Of a DNA stretch of 64,000 nt, positions 9,740-18,455 are shown piece by piece. Source of the stretch: an uncultured Acidobacteriaceae bacterium (lineage in GTDB: Bacteria > Acidobacteriota > Terriglobia > Terriglobales > Acidobacteriaceae); contig CAVXMJ010000011.1 of assembly GCA_963762905.1 (NCBI GenBank), forward strand, positions 201,318 through 265,317, written 5' to 3'. The first letter of the stretch is position 1. Every line of letters begins with the position of its first letter. Both the position numbers and the translations under genes were made by a program. The notes beneath the pieces are model-generated. The model searched no databases and was not told where the DNA came from. It saw only the letters and a list, made by a program, of their open reading frames with translations.

Positions 9740-10809
9740 CGTATAAAGAGTAAGATCGGCGTGAGCAAAACCAAATCGGCGGCGGCGCGCAGAGCCAGTG
9801 GCGTCATGCGCGTCTGCATGCGGTCAAGCAGCGCCAGCAATAGCGCACTTGCCGCGCCCGCCAGAAGCAACGCAGCAGCTCGTGCGTGCGATCCGTCCGC
9901 AATCATCGCCAGCAGCAGCCCAGCAAATGCAACGATTAGCGCCGCGAAGAGATTCGTCCGTTGTCCAATGCGCTCAAGCCGGCGCTCCAGTTCGAAACGC
10001 GCTCCGCCGCTTTCGTCGTAAGATTCCCACCGGGCGATCGAGCGGCAATTGATCCACGCGAGTCCCGCGAAATAAGCCGCCGCAATCCAAAACCACAACC
10101 TGGAAAGTTCCAACGACGCGGAAGCTTGCAGGTGCGTCCATGCCGGCAAGATGCAACCCGCCGTGAACAACACCGCAACCAGCAGCTCTTTGCTTAGCGG
10201 TTTTGGAAGCGAATGTCGGCCTCGCTGCACCCGGGGCGCTGCATGAACTCCTGAAAAGTAAACCAGCGCAGCAGCTGCCACAGCCAAGCCTCGCTCGCGC
10301 ACAATGGACGGCAGCAAAGTCACGGCCGTCACTCCTGCAACGCAAGCGGCGGCCGCAGCCATTGGCGCCAGCAACCGCCGATGCCGCCAATGGAAAAAAT
10401 GTCGCTCGCGCAGTTCAGCCTGCGTAGAGTCTTTCAACGACTGGAGGCCGCGGCGTGCGTCCAGCAGCCGATCGCAAACATAAGCGCACCAGACCGCAAG
10501 CGCTAAGACCAGCAGGACTCGACCCGCCAGGCGAACTTCGCCGGCCCATGCAAATGCCAGCGACCAAGTCACGGCGACAGTAGGCGCGTCCAGGCTGGCC
10601 AGATGCCAGAAGGCCACCGGACGCGGAGCATCAACAAGCCGGATTGCGTTCGCCCTGCCATGGACGGCGCCAAGATGAATCTGGTCCCGAACTGGTGTCT
10701 GTGGGAGGGGAAGCGGCACTCCTCCAATTTTAAGAGGTTTGGCAGCGGGACCCTCATTGCGCCTCGCCCCGGCCCCCCGCTTCCGATCCCGGCCCACCCC
10801 TTGGCTCAC
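9736..10809 (-). CDS. Multi-TM membrane protein, UbiA prenyltransferase-like (true start uncertain, possibly near 10719)
   Basis: About 8 TM helices, with LSLDAP-like and AYVCDRLLD (Asp-rich, UbiA-like) motifs and KELLVA. Confidence 0.55.
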   Translation of the reverse strand: MSQGVGRDRKRGAGARRNEGPAAKPLKIGGVPLPLPQTPVRDQIHLGAVHGRANAIRLVDAPRPVAFWHLASLDAPTVAVTWSLAFAWAGEVRLAGRVLLVLALAVWCAYVCDRLLDARRGLQSLKDSTQAELRERHFFHWRHRRLLAPMAAAAACVAGVTAVTLLPSIVRERGLAVAAAALVYFSGVHAAPRVQRGRHSLPKPLSKELLVAVLFTAGCILPAWTHLQASASLELSRLWFWIAAAYFAGLAWINCRSIARWESYDESGGARFELERRLERIGQRTNLFAALIVAFAGLLLAMIADGSHARAAALLLAGAASALLLALLDRMQTRMTPLALRAAADLVLLTPILLFIR

Positions 10810-10958
10810 CGGCTATTCCACCGGCCAAGTTCGGTGCGGGGAAAACAAACGGCAAAAGGACCGCACGGTCCTCCCCCTCTCTACCCCTTACTAAAGTGTG
10901 GGTTAACTCGGCTGGTTTCTATGCTTTCAACGCTAAGATGGTCGTTGAGGTTGGGACT

Positions 10959-12395
10959 ATGATCGAAACCATGAGTCGTGCGGCAATCAGTCGCGACTGG
11001 GTTGGGAGTTTTGCTGCCGAAAGGTTTCCCCTCCTTCAATGGCTTGGCGGCTCTCAAGCGACCGGTGTCTTTCTCACGGAGCTGAGCGAATCTTCGCAAA
11101 AAGCCGTCATCAAACTAATCCCCGAAGATGATCAGGATGCCGCAGCTCGCGCCGCCGCATGGCAAACCGCAGCCACCCTTTCTCATCCGAATCTGATGAA
11201 GGTCTATACGCACGGTCGTTGCGAAATCGACGGCGTTCCTTGCTTCTACGTCGTCACGGAATATGCCGACGAAGTTCTCGCCGATATACTCCGCGAGCGG
11301 CCGCTCTCGACCGACGAGACTCGTGACATGCTCGGGCCGGCCCTCTCTGCGCTCGCTTATTTGCACGCCAAGGGTCTCGTCCACGGCCGTCTCAACCCCT
11401 CGAACATCATGGCCGCTGGCGACAGCCTCAAGCTGACCACTTACGGTGTTTGTCCTGTGGGTGCAGCCGTCATATCCCGGCCAACGCGAACCGTATGCGA
11501 TGCCCCGGAGACTGAAAACGGGTTGATTGTTCCTGCTTCGGATATTTGGTCTCTCGGTGCCACTCTTGTTGAAGTCCTTACCAAGTATCCGCCCGATTGG
11601 AACCGCGCCAAAGCCGCCGACCCAACCGTGCCCCAGTCGATGCCTGAGCCTTTCGCTTCCTTTGCGCGGAAGTGCCTGCGCTCCGACCCAGCCCGTCGCA
11701 TCACCATAAGCGAGTTCACCGCGCGTCTTGATCCGGCCAAACAAGATCCGGTAAAGCCATCTCCGGACCCCGCAGCAAAGCCGGCCAATACCCCGCTTAC
11801 GAAGCGCCGCGTCTCCCTGTGGCTTGCCGTCGCGGCGATTTTGCTCACCGTGGTGGGAATCTGGCTGTCGCATCGTGAGCCGACTGCGCCCATCGAGCAG
11901 ACTCAAACCGCCCCCGCCGCAAGCCCTGTTCCATCTTCCGCACCGGCACCCGTGGTCGCGCCGCCTCCGGCGGCTACGCCGGCTCCAGTGCCGACTCAAG
12001 CTGTTGTTCCGCCTTCACCGGCCCAGCCCCAGGCTCAACCTCAGGTCCAACCTGCAGCTAAACCTCAGCCGCAGACCGACCAGGCTCCCGCGCCCGAAGC
12101 CCTAACCATCAACCCCGCGATTGTGAACCAGATTCTCCCCGACATTGTGCCCAACGCCATGAAGACCATCAATGGGACTCTCCGCGTTTCGGTCGCGCTC
12201 ACCGTCGGCGCAGGCGGTCTCGTCAGCGATGCGACGCTTACGTCGCCCGGCCCGAGCAAGTATTTCGCAAGCAAATCGCTCGAAGCTGCGGGCCATTGGA
12301 AATTCAAGCCCGCGTTGGCGCCAAGCGACTGGACTTTGGAATTTCAATACACTCAGAGCGGAATCCACGTCATCGCCGAGCAAACGGCGCAGTAG
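10959..12395 (+). CDS. Ser/Thr-kinase-like (pseudokinase) domain - TM - Pro-rich linker - TonB C-terminal-like domain
   Basis: AVIK, HPNL, YVVTEY, YLHAKGLVHGRLNPSNI, DAPE and SDIWSLG kinase-fold motifs; a TM helix; a Pro/Gln/Ala linker; then GTLRVSVALTVGAGGLVSDATL...SLEAAGHWKFKPA. ATG 10959 follows GAGGT; the ORF track starts at 10896. Confidence 0.8.
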   Translation: MIETMSRAAISRDWVGSFAAERFPLLQWLGGSQATGVFLTELSESSQKAVIKLIPEDDQDAAARAAAWQTAATLSHPNLMKVYTHGRCEIDGVPCFYVVTEYADEVLADILRERPLSTDETRDMLGPALSALAYLHAKGLVHGRLNPSNIMAAGDSLKLTTYGVCPVGAAVISRPTRTVCDAPETENGLIVPASDIWSLGATLVEVLTKYPPDWNRAKAADPTVPQSMPEPFASFARKCLRSDPARRITISEFTARLDPAKQDPVKPSPDPAAKPANTPLTKRRVSLWLAVAAILLTVVGIWLSHREPTAPIEQTQTAPAASPVPSSAPAPVVAPPPAATPAPVPTQAVVPPSPAQPQAQPQVQPAAKPQPQTDQAPAPEALTINPAIVNQILPDIVPNAMKTINGTLRVSVALTVGAGGLVSDATLTSPGPSKYFASKSLEAAGHWKFKPALAPSDWTLEFQYTQSGIHVIAEQTAQ

Positions 12396-12404
12396 GCCAA
12401 CAGA

Positions 12405-14552
12405 TTAGTCAGCCGCTGTCGCCGCTTTTTCGGCATTTTTCGCGCCGTGCTTGCCTGTGGGCTCGGGTATCGCTTCTAAATCCGTCTTGCCCTCGGCCAG
12501 TTGCATCAGGAATTCCTGGGCCGAAAAGGGCTTCGCGTCCTTCATCAGTTTGCCGGCGCGCACATAAATGCCGTCGGGCTGCTGGACCCTGGCTTTCACG
12601 GTGTCGGCCAGGTAAGCCGGCAGAATCTCGCCATGTATGCGCGCCCGCGCCGCTGGATCTCTGACCGGAAACACCACTTCGCAGCGCTCGAACAAGTTGC
12701 GCGGCATCCAATCGGCAGAGCCGATGTAGATCTCGTCGCTGCCGCCGTTGGCGAAGTGATAAATGCGTGAGTGCTCCAGGAGCCGGCCGACAATCGACCG
12801 CACGCGAATCCTTTCCGACAGGCCTTTCACGCCGGGCCGCAGGATGCACAGCCCGCGAATGATCAAATCGATCTCCACCCCTGCTTGCGACGCTTGGTAT
12901 AGCGCCTGAATAATCGATGGCTCGAGCAATGCGTTCATCTTGGCCACGATGTGCGCCGGCCGCCCCGCCTGCGCGTGCTCCTGCTCTCGGCGGATGAGGC
13001 GCAGGAAACTCTCCGCCATCGTCAGCGGCGCCACCAGCAGCGGGCTATAGTCGTCCACCTCGGCGTGAGCGGTCAGGTAGTTGAACACCATGTGCACGCG
13101 CTCGCCAATCTGAGGGTCGCTGGTCAGCAGGCTCAGGTCGGTGTAGAAGCGCGCGGTGTCGGGGTTATAGTTGCCTGTACCCAGGTGACAGTAGCGGCGC
13201 GTCACACCGTCCTCATCGTGCCGCACCAGCATGGCCAGCTTGCAATGCGTTTTCAGGCCCACAACGCCGTGAAAAACCTGCACGCCCGCGTCTTCCATGC
13301 TGCGCGCCCAGCGAATGTTTGAGGCCTCGTCAAAGCGCGCCATCAACTCCACCACCACAGTGGCTTCCTTCGTGGCGCCGGCCTCGGTCAGCGCCTGGAA
13401 CATGGGCGAATCGTGGCTGGTGCGGTAGAGCGTCTGCTTCATCGTCACCACGGCAGGGTCCTGCGCTCCCTGCTGGATGAAGTCAACCACGGGATCGTAA
13501 GCATCGTAAGGATGATGCAGCAGAATATCGTGATGGCGCAGCTCGTCGAAGATCCCCGTCGATTTGCGGCTCAGCAGCAGCGGCTTGGGCGTGAACGGTT
13601 GAAACTTCAGGTCGGGTCGCTGCACATCGCCGTAAAAGAACATCAGGCGCGAAAGATTCACCGGGCCCTCGCAGAGAAATACCTGGTCCTCTTCGAGCTC
13701 AAAGTTCACTCGCAGCCGCTCCACGATCTCGGGGTGTGCGGTACTTTCAATCTCCAGGCGCACCGCGTCGCCTTTGCGCCGGTTGTGCAGTTCCACGCGG
13801 ATGGTTTCCAGCAGCGACCGCGCTTCTTCCTCCTCGAAGTACAGATTGGAATTGCGCGTCACGCGGAACGCCGCCGATGCCAATACTTCATAGCCGCGAT
13901 ACATACCACCGAGATGCTGCTCAATCAGGTCCTGCAGCAGCAGGTAGTCGTGGTGGTTATGGTCGCAGGGTAAGCGGACAAAGCGAGCGAGCGCGCGCGG
14001 TACCGTCACCACTCCCAGCACCTGCGGGCCCGAGCTGCGCCGTTTCGCGCGCAGCAGCAGCGCAAGGCACAGCGCCTTGTTCAGCACGCGCGGAAAGGGG
14101 TGCGCTGGGTCAATCGATATCGGCGTCAGCAACGGATCCACTTCGCGCTGGAAGTATCCGCGCGCGAACTCTCGCGCGTGCTCGCTGAGTTCGTCCCATG
14201 CCAAAAGCCGGATCCCCTGTTTGCGCAACTCCGGCAACAGTTGCTTGTTCCAGCAGTGGTATTGCGCCGCCACAAAGCCGTGGATCTCGGCGGTCAGAAC
14301 TTCAAGCGACTGGTCCGGCCGCAGACCGTCGTAGCCCGGCTCGCGATAGCCGTCTTCAATGCGTTGCATCAGGCCCGCTTGCCGCACCTCGACATACTCA
14401 TCCAGATTCGACCCCGTAATGGCCAGAAACTTCACGCGCTCCAGCAGCGGGTTAGCTGCGTCTTCAGCTTCCTCCAGGACACGCCGATTGAACTGCATCC
14501 AGGAGTGGTCCCGCCCGTTGAAAAGCTTGATTTTTTTCGTGTTTCTAGCCAT
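12405..14552 (-). CDS. ppk1: Polyphosphate kinase 1
   Basis: SWMQFNRRVLEEA, PLLERVKFL, DPAHPFP, LHHPY, KQTLYRT, ARFDE, LKTHCK, HLGTGNYN, LEHSR and GSADWMPRN. Likely start is ATG 14552. Confidence 0.97.
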   Translation of the reverse strand: MARNTKKIKLFNGRDHSWMQFNRRVLEEAEDAANPLLERVKFLAITGSNLDEYVEVRQAGLMQRIEDGYREPGYDGLRPDQSLEVLTAEIHGFVAAQYHCWNKQLLPELRKQGIRLLAWDELSEHAREFARGYFQREVDPLLTPISIDPAHPFPRVLNKALCLALLLRAKRRSSGPQVLGVVTVPRALARFVRLPCDHNHHDYLLLQDLIEQHLGGMYRGYEVLASAAFRVTRNSNLYFEEEEARSLLETIRVELHNRRKGDAVRLEIESTAHPEIVERLRVNFELEEDQVFLCEGPVNLSRLMFFYGDVQRPDLKFQPFTPKPLLLSRKSTGIFDELRHHDILLHHPYDAYDPVVDFIQQGAQDPAVVTMKQTLYRTSHDSPMFQALTEAGATKEATVVVELMARFDEASNIRWARSMEDAGVQVFHGVVGLKTHCKLAMLVRHDEDGVTRRYCHLGTGNYNPDTARFYTDLSLLTSDPQIGERVHMVFNYLTAHAEVDDYSPLLVAPLTMAESFLRLIRREQEHAQAGRPAHIVAKMNALLEPSIIQALYQASQAGVEIDLIIRGLCILRPGVKGLSERIRVRSIVGRLLEHSRIYHFANGGSDEIYIGSADWMPRNLFERCEVVFPVRDPAARARIHGEILPAYLADTVKARVQQPDGIYVRAGKLMKDAKPFSAQEFLMQLAEGKTDLEAIPEPTGKHGAKNAEKAATAAD

Positions 14553-14936
14553 TTCCGGTCCAATTCGCTGTGTTGGCAGTCTAACGCGTTTCAAGTGCGT
14601 GCGGCACCCAAACAGAGTTGAGGTGCCTGGAACATTCTCATAACGGGCTCAAACTTCTGGAACGCAAAGACAAGGGACCGCCTGAGGCCCATGCGCCCCA
14701 TAAAGCCATCCATACAGGACTGGGCCCCTTCGCGGCGTTAAACAGAGAAGAAAACCGCTGTCTGAGATGGTTCCACTCAGCACTTCAAACCGGCCAACCG
14801 CTCGCACAAGGTCGCCGTCAGGCCCCTGTTCGATACACTAGATTTAAGAACCGCGCCGTCCTTCAGCCGCATCCATTTGTTGTAGGATAGCCATTTTTGG
14901 GGCGTACCCATTCGCCGTTCTTACGCAAGGTCCAAA

Positions 14937-16373
14937 TTGCCAAGGAAATCCATCACAACCTCGACCCGTTTCTGTGCCGTAGCCTTTGGTTTGGGCGCCT
15001 GTCTTTCAGCCCCCGGCGCGTTCACACAGTCGTCTGTGATTCCCGCACCCGCCATGCCCTCGCCGCCAACGGCGACGAATTTCCAGGGCAGCGTGAGCAA
15101 GGGCGAAGCCTCCGTGCAGACCGTCGATCTGTCGCTCGACGACGCCATACAGCGCGGCCTGCGGACAAATCTGGGAATGATTCTCAGCGCGACGCAAACG
15201 GCGGGAGCACGCGCCGCGCGCTTGAGCCAGTTGCAATCCCTGCTTCCGGGGATCGACTTCAGCGCCAAGGAAGCGGCCATGCAAACCGATCTGCCCGCCG
15301 AGGGGCTGCGCATCCCTGGCTTCCCCAAGATCATCGGGCCGTTTGGATACACCGACGTTCGCGCCTCGCTGAACTGGTCCGTGGTTGACCTTCAGTCGCT
15401 GCACAACTATCTCGCTGCCCGGCACAACTTCGCCGCTGCGCAGTTGTCGGCCGAAGACGCGCGCGATATGGTCGTGCTGACCGTCGGCAATGCCTACTTG
15501 CTTGTCCTCGCTGACCAGACCAACGTCTCGAGCGTTCAGGCGCAGGTTTCAACCGCAAAAGTTTCGCTCGATCAGGCCGTCGATAATCATCAGGCCGGCA
15601 CAGCGCCGCTTCTCGATGAGCTGCGCGCCCGCGTCGATTATCAATCTCTCGAGCAGCAGTTGATCGCCGCGCAGGACTCGCTCGAAAAAGATAAGCTCGC
15701 CCTTGCGCGCACCATCGGTCTCCCCCTTGCGCAGAGCTTCAACTTGACTGACACGGCGCCCTACGCTCCGTTCGATCAGCTCGATGCCAATGCGCTCATC
15801 CAGCAGGCCAAAGCAAATCGCAAGGATCTCGCCGCGCTGGTCGAAGAAACCGCAGCCGCGGCTGACCAGCGCGAAGCGGCGACTGCCGCGCGTTTTCCTG
15901 TCGTGGCCGCTGCCGCCGACTATGGCGACATCGGTACGACGCTGGCCCACTCGCACGGCACTGTGGATGCGACAGGCTCGTTGAGCGTGCCCATCTTCGA
16001 CGAATTTGCCTTGCGCGGACAAGCCCAGCAGGCGCAGGCTCAACTCGACACCGCAAAGGCCCAACTAAGCGACAAGAATGCCCAGGTTGAAGCCGACGTT
16101 CGCGATGCGCTTCTCGACATTGCATCGGCGCAGCAGCAGGTTGAAGTCGCGCGGTCCAGCGCGGACCTCGCCGGTGAAGCTCTAAAGGAAGCGCAGGAGC
16201 GCTACGCTAACGGCGTCAGCGATAACCTCGCCGTAAGCCAGGCGCAGCAATCCGTGGCGCAGGCCGATAGTCAATATGTCGTCAGTCTCTACCGCGATAA
16301 CGTGGCCAAGCTCAGCCTGGCACGCGCCCTCGGAGACGGCCAGAACTACCAGAAGTATTTAGGAGGGAAGTGA
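14937..16373 (+). CDS. TolC family outer membrane efflux protein
   Basis: Signal peptide, LSLDDAIQRGL..N, two OEP-like helical repeats, ERYANGVS, LARALG. Confidence 0.9.
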   Translation: MPRKSITTSTRFCAVAFGLGACLSAPGAFTQSSVIPAPAMPSPPTATNFQGSVSKGEASVQTVDLSLDDAIQRGLRTNLGMILSATQTAGARAARLSQLQSLLPGIDFSAKEAAMQTDLPAEGLRIPGFPKIIGPFGYTDVRASLNWSVVDLQSLHNYLAARHNFAAAQLSAEDARDMVVLTVGNAYLLVLADQTNVSSVQAQVSTAKVSLDQAVDNHQAGTAPLLDELRARVDYQSLEQQLIAAQDSLEKDKLALARTIGLPLAQSFNLTDTAPYAPFDQLDANALIQQAKANRKDLAALVEETAAAADQREAATAARFPVVAAAADYGDIGTTLAHSHGTVDATGSLSVPIFDEFALRGQAQQAQAQLDTAKAQLSDKNAQVEADVRDALLDIASAQQQVEVARSSADLAGEALKEAQERYANGVSDNLAVSQAQQSVAQADSQYVVSLYRDNVAKLSLARALGDGQNYQKYLGGK

Positions 16374-17614
16374 ACGTGCCCGACTCAACCCCTACCCCAT
16401 CACCTGCTGAACCGAGTCAGTCGCCCGCGGAAACAGAGATTGAAGCGCCGCGGTCCCGCCGCAGGGGCATCATCATTGTCGGCGTCGCGTTGGCGGTGCT
16501 CATCGCCCTCGCGGTCTGGTGGCACTCCACCTTCAGCGAGGATACTGACGATGCGCAAGTAAACGGCCACCTCATCCAGGTCAGCGCGCGCGTTGGCGGC
16601 CAGGTCCTCAAGGTGGATGTGGAAGAGAACCAGACCGTCAAGGCCGGCGACCCAATCGTTGAGCTTGACCCGCGCGACTATCAGGTCGCCGTGGAGAATG
16701 CTGAGGCCGCGCTGGCCAGCGCCAAAGCCGCTGCCGCGGCAGCCCGCGTCAACGTACCCATCATCACAGTGAATACGGGCACCAATCTCAACTCGGCCGG
16801 CTACGATGTCAGCGGCACACAGGCAGCAGTGGCGCAGGCGGAACGGCAACTGGAGGCCGCGCACGCCATGGTAGCCCAGGCTGCGGCCAACAACACCAAG
16901 GCTCAGGCCGATCTGGAGCGCTATAAACCCTTAGTCGCGAAAGACGTGATCAGCAAGCAGCAATTCGACGCCGCGGTTGCTGCCGCCGACGCCGCCAAAG
17001 CCGCATTGGCCGATGCGCTCGCGAACGAGCAGGCCGCTGCCGACGGAGTGCGGCTGGCCCACGACAAGGAATTGCAAGCCCAGGCAATGTTGAAGTACGC
17101 CCAAACCGGACCGCAGCAGGTTGCGGCGCAGGATGCCAAGGCCAAACAGGCCGAGGCTCAGGTCGAACAGGCTCAGGCGCAGCTCGATCAGGCCAAGCTC
17201 AATTTGAGTTACTGCAAAATTGTCGCTCCCGAGGACGGCATCGTCACCCGCAAAAGCGTCGAAATCGATCAGAACGTCTCCCCGGGCCAGAACCTGCTCA
17301 CCCTTGTCTCGCTTCAGGACCTCTGGATCACGGCCAACTTCAAAGAAACGCAGCTCGAGCACATGAAGGCTGGCCAGTCCGTCAAAATCCATGTCGATGC
17401 TACCGGCAAGGACTATAGTGGCCGCGTCACGCAAATCGGCGGAGCCACCGGCTCGGTGCTCTCGCTCTTCCCGCCTGAAAACGCCACCGGCAATTACGTA
17501 AAGGTCGTTCAGCGCTTGCCCGTGCGTATCGACTTTACCGACTTGGCCAACGAGGACCCGAACCACCAGCTCCGCCCGGGTCTCTCGGTCGAGCCCAACG
17601 TGCGCGTGAAGTGA
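16370..17614 (+). CDS. HlyD/EmrA family membrane fusion protein
   Basis: TDDAQV, lipoyl-like half motifs, long coiled coil, ANFKETQL, SLFPPENATGNYVKVVQRLPVRI (EmrA signature). Confidence 0.93.
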   Translation: MNVPDSTPTPSPAEPSQSPAETEIEAPRSRRRGIIIVGVALAVLIALAVWWHSTFSEDTDDAQVNGHLIQVSARVGGQVLKVDVEENQTVKAGDPIVELDPRDYQVAVENAEAALASAKAAAAAARVNVPIITVNTGTNLNSAGYDVSGTQAAVAQAERQLEAAHAMVAQAAANNTKAQADLERYKPLVAKDVISKQQFDAAVAAADAAKAALADALANEQAAADGVRLAHDKELQAQAMLKYAQTGPQQVAAQDAKAKQAEAQVEQAQAQLDQAKLNLSYCKIVAPEDGIVTRKSVEIDQNVSPGQNLLTLVSLQDLWITANFKETQLEHMKAGQSVKIHVDATGKDYSGRVTQIGGATGSVLSLFPPENATGNYVKVVQRLPVRIDFTDLANEDPNHQLRPGLSVEPNVRVK

Positions 17615-17651
17615 CATGAACTCGCTCGCCGCCGCGAGCGAGTTCATGTCA
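17612..17651. repeat. Perfect 18-bp inverted repeat starting at the emrA-like stop codon
   Basis: tgacatgaactcgctcgc-cgcc-gcgagcgagttcatgtca. Confidence 0.9.
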
Positions 17652-17676
17652 TCCTGAGCGAAGCAAAGGATCTGCG
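17647..17676 (+). repeat. Solo short TGTCATCCTGAGCGA-type REP-like repeat
   Basis: tgtcatcctgagcgaagcaaaggatctgcg shares its head and tail with the repeats at 37943-38004, 38093-38143 and 38513-38568. Confidence 0.75.
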
Positions 17677-17730
17677 GTTGCTTTTCGCGCTCTTAACTCA
17701 GCACGAACCCAGACCAATCCGCTTCATCCG

Positions 17731-17817
17731 CGCGCAGTAGGCGCAGTGTTCGTTGGCCCTGCGCTTAAGCGTGGGGAACCGAAATCAGTGTGAATCGAGA
17801 GCCCTGTAAGGACGGCG
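17731..17817 (+). repeat. About 87-bp dispersed repeat, copy 1 (copy 2 at 55629-55715)
   Basis: cgcgcagtaggcgcag...gttggccctgcgcttaagcgtgggga-N19-gagagccctgtaaggacggcg aligns without gaps to 55629-55715. Confidence 0.75.
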
Positions 17818-17839
17818 CGACAGCGCATGCGGAGAATAG

Positions 17840-17880
17840 AAAAAGGAAAAGGTTGAGCACGGTGGACTGCGCCCAGCCCG
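17840..17880 (-). terminator. Probable intrinsic terminator of the Flp pilin gene
   Basis: On the minus strand, a gggctgggcgc...gtgctcaacc hairpin is followed by ttttccttttt, about 35 nt after the pilin stop. Confidence 0.55.
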
Positions 17881-17913
17881 GTCAGTACTTCACAGTTAAT
17901 TTCGGTGTCGGAG

Positions 17914-18099
17914 CTACGCCAGTGAGTTGCTGACGTTGCTGAACACGCTATTGACGGCCTGCGCAATAGGCTTAACGCCACCGATGCACACAAGCGCAAT
18001 CAAGGAGATCAGCAATGCATATTCGACCAGATCCTGACCCCGTTCGCTTTTCGCCAAATTCTGGAGATGGATATACACCTTTAACAGCAGGTTATTCAT
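17914..18099 (-). CDS. Flp family type IVb pilin (61 aa)
   Basis: MNNLLLKVYIHLQNLAKSERG|QDLVEYALLISLIALVCIGGV...: a G-X4-EY prepilin/Flp motif followed by a hydrophobic helix. GAGGG RBS lies before ATG 18099. Confidence 0.9.
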   Translation of the reverse strand: MNNLLLKVYIHLQNLAKSERGQDLVEYALLISLIALVCIGGVKPIAQAVNSVFSNVSNSLA

Positions 18100-18455
18100 A
18101 TTGCCCTCTCTTGTCGTTGAATTTACAGATCGGCTAAGACGCGGCCTTGATTTGGGGGAAATGCTGATTGAATCTTCAACGGCTTTGGCCTCCGCGTCAA
18201 CGTAGCTTCGGTGACGTTTAAACCAGTTACCTTTTCCCATCCGCCGGAACTTTGGCGTCTCCAGCGTGCCCGGTCCCCTCCTTAACTTATTCATTCCTTT
18301 ATCCTTGTTCTTTAGCCCCTTCACCCTGGCTCCGCAGCCAATGCTGTTTGGCCCACGACGCACCGTTCACCTTCCACCGCACACCGTTCGCCAAGCGCCG
18401 GCAAACGATCGCTGCTCATCGCTTGCTACCGGTTAAACTGAACTCCAGTTAAGCC

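Noticed and set aside
18100-18300. Possible c-di-GMP-I riboswitch upstream of the Flp pilin
   Set aside because: A gagacgccaaag segment loosely resembles the motif, but the GGCAAAC/GNRA P2 architecture is missing.
18100-18363. 88-aa N-terminal extension of the Flp pilin
   Set aside because: Flp prepilins are about 60 aa, and an RBS directly precedes ATG 18099.
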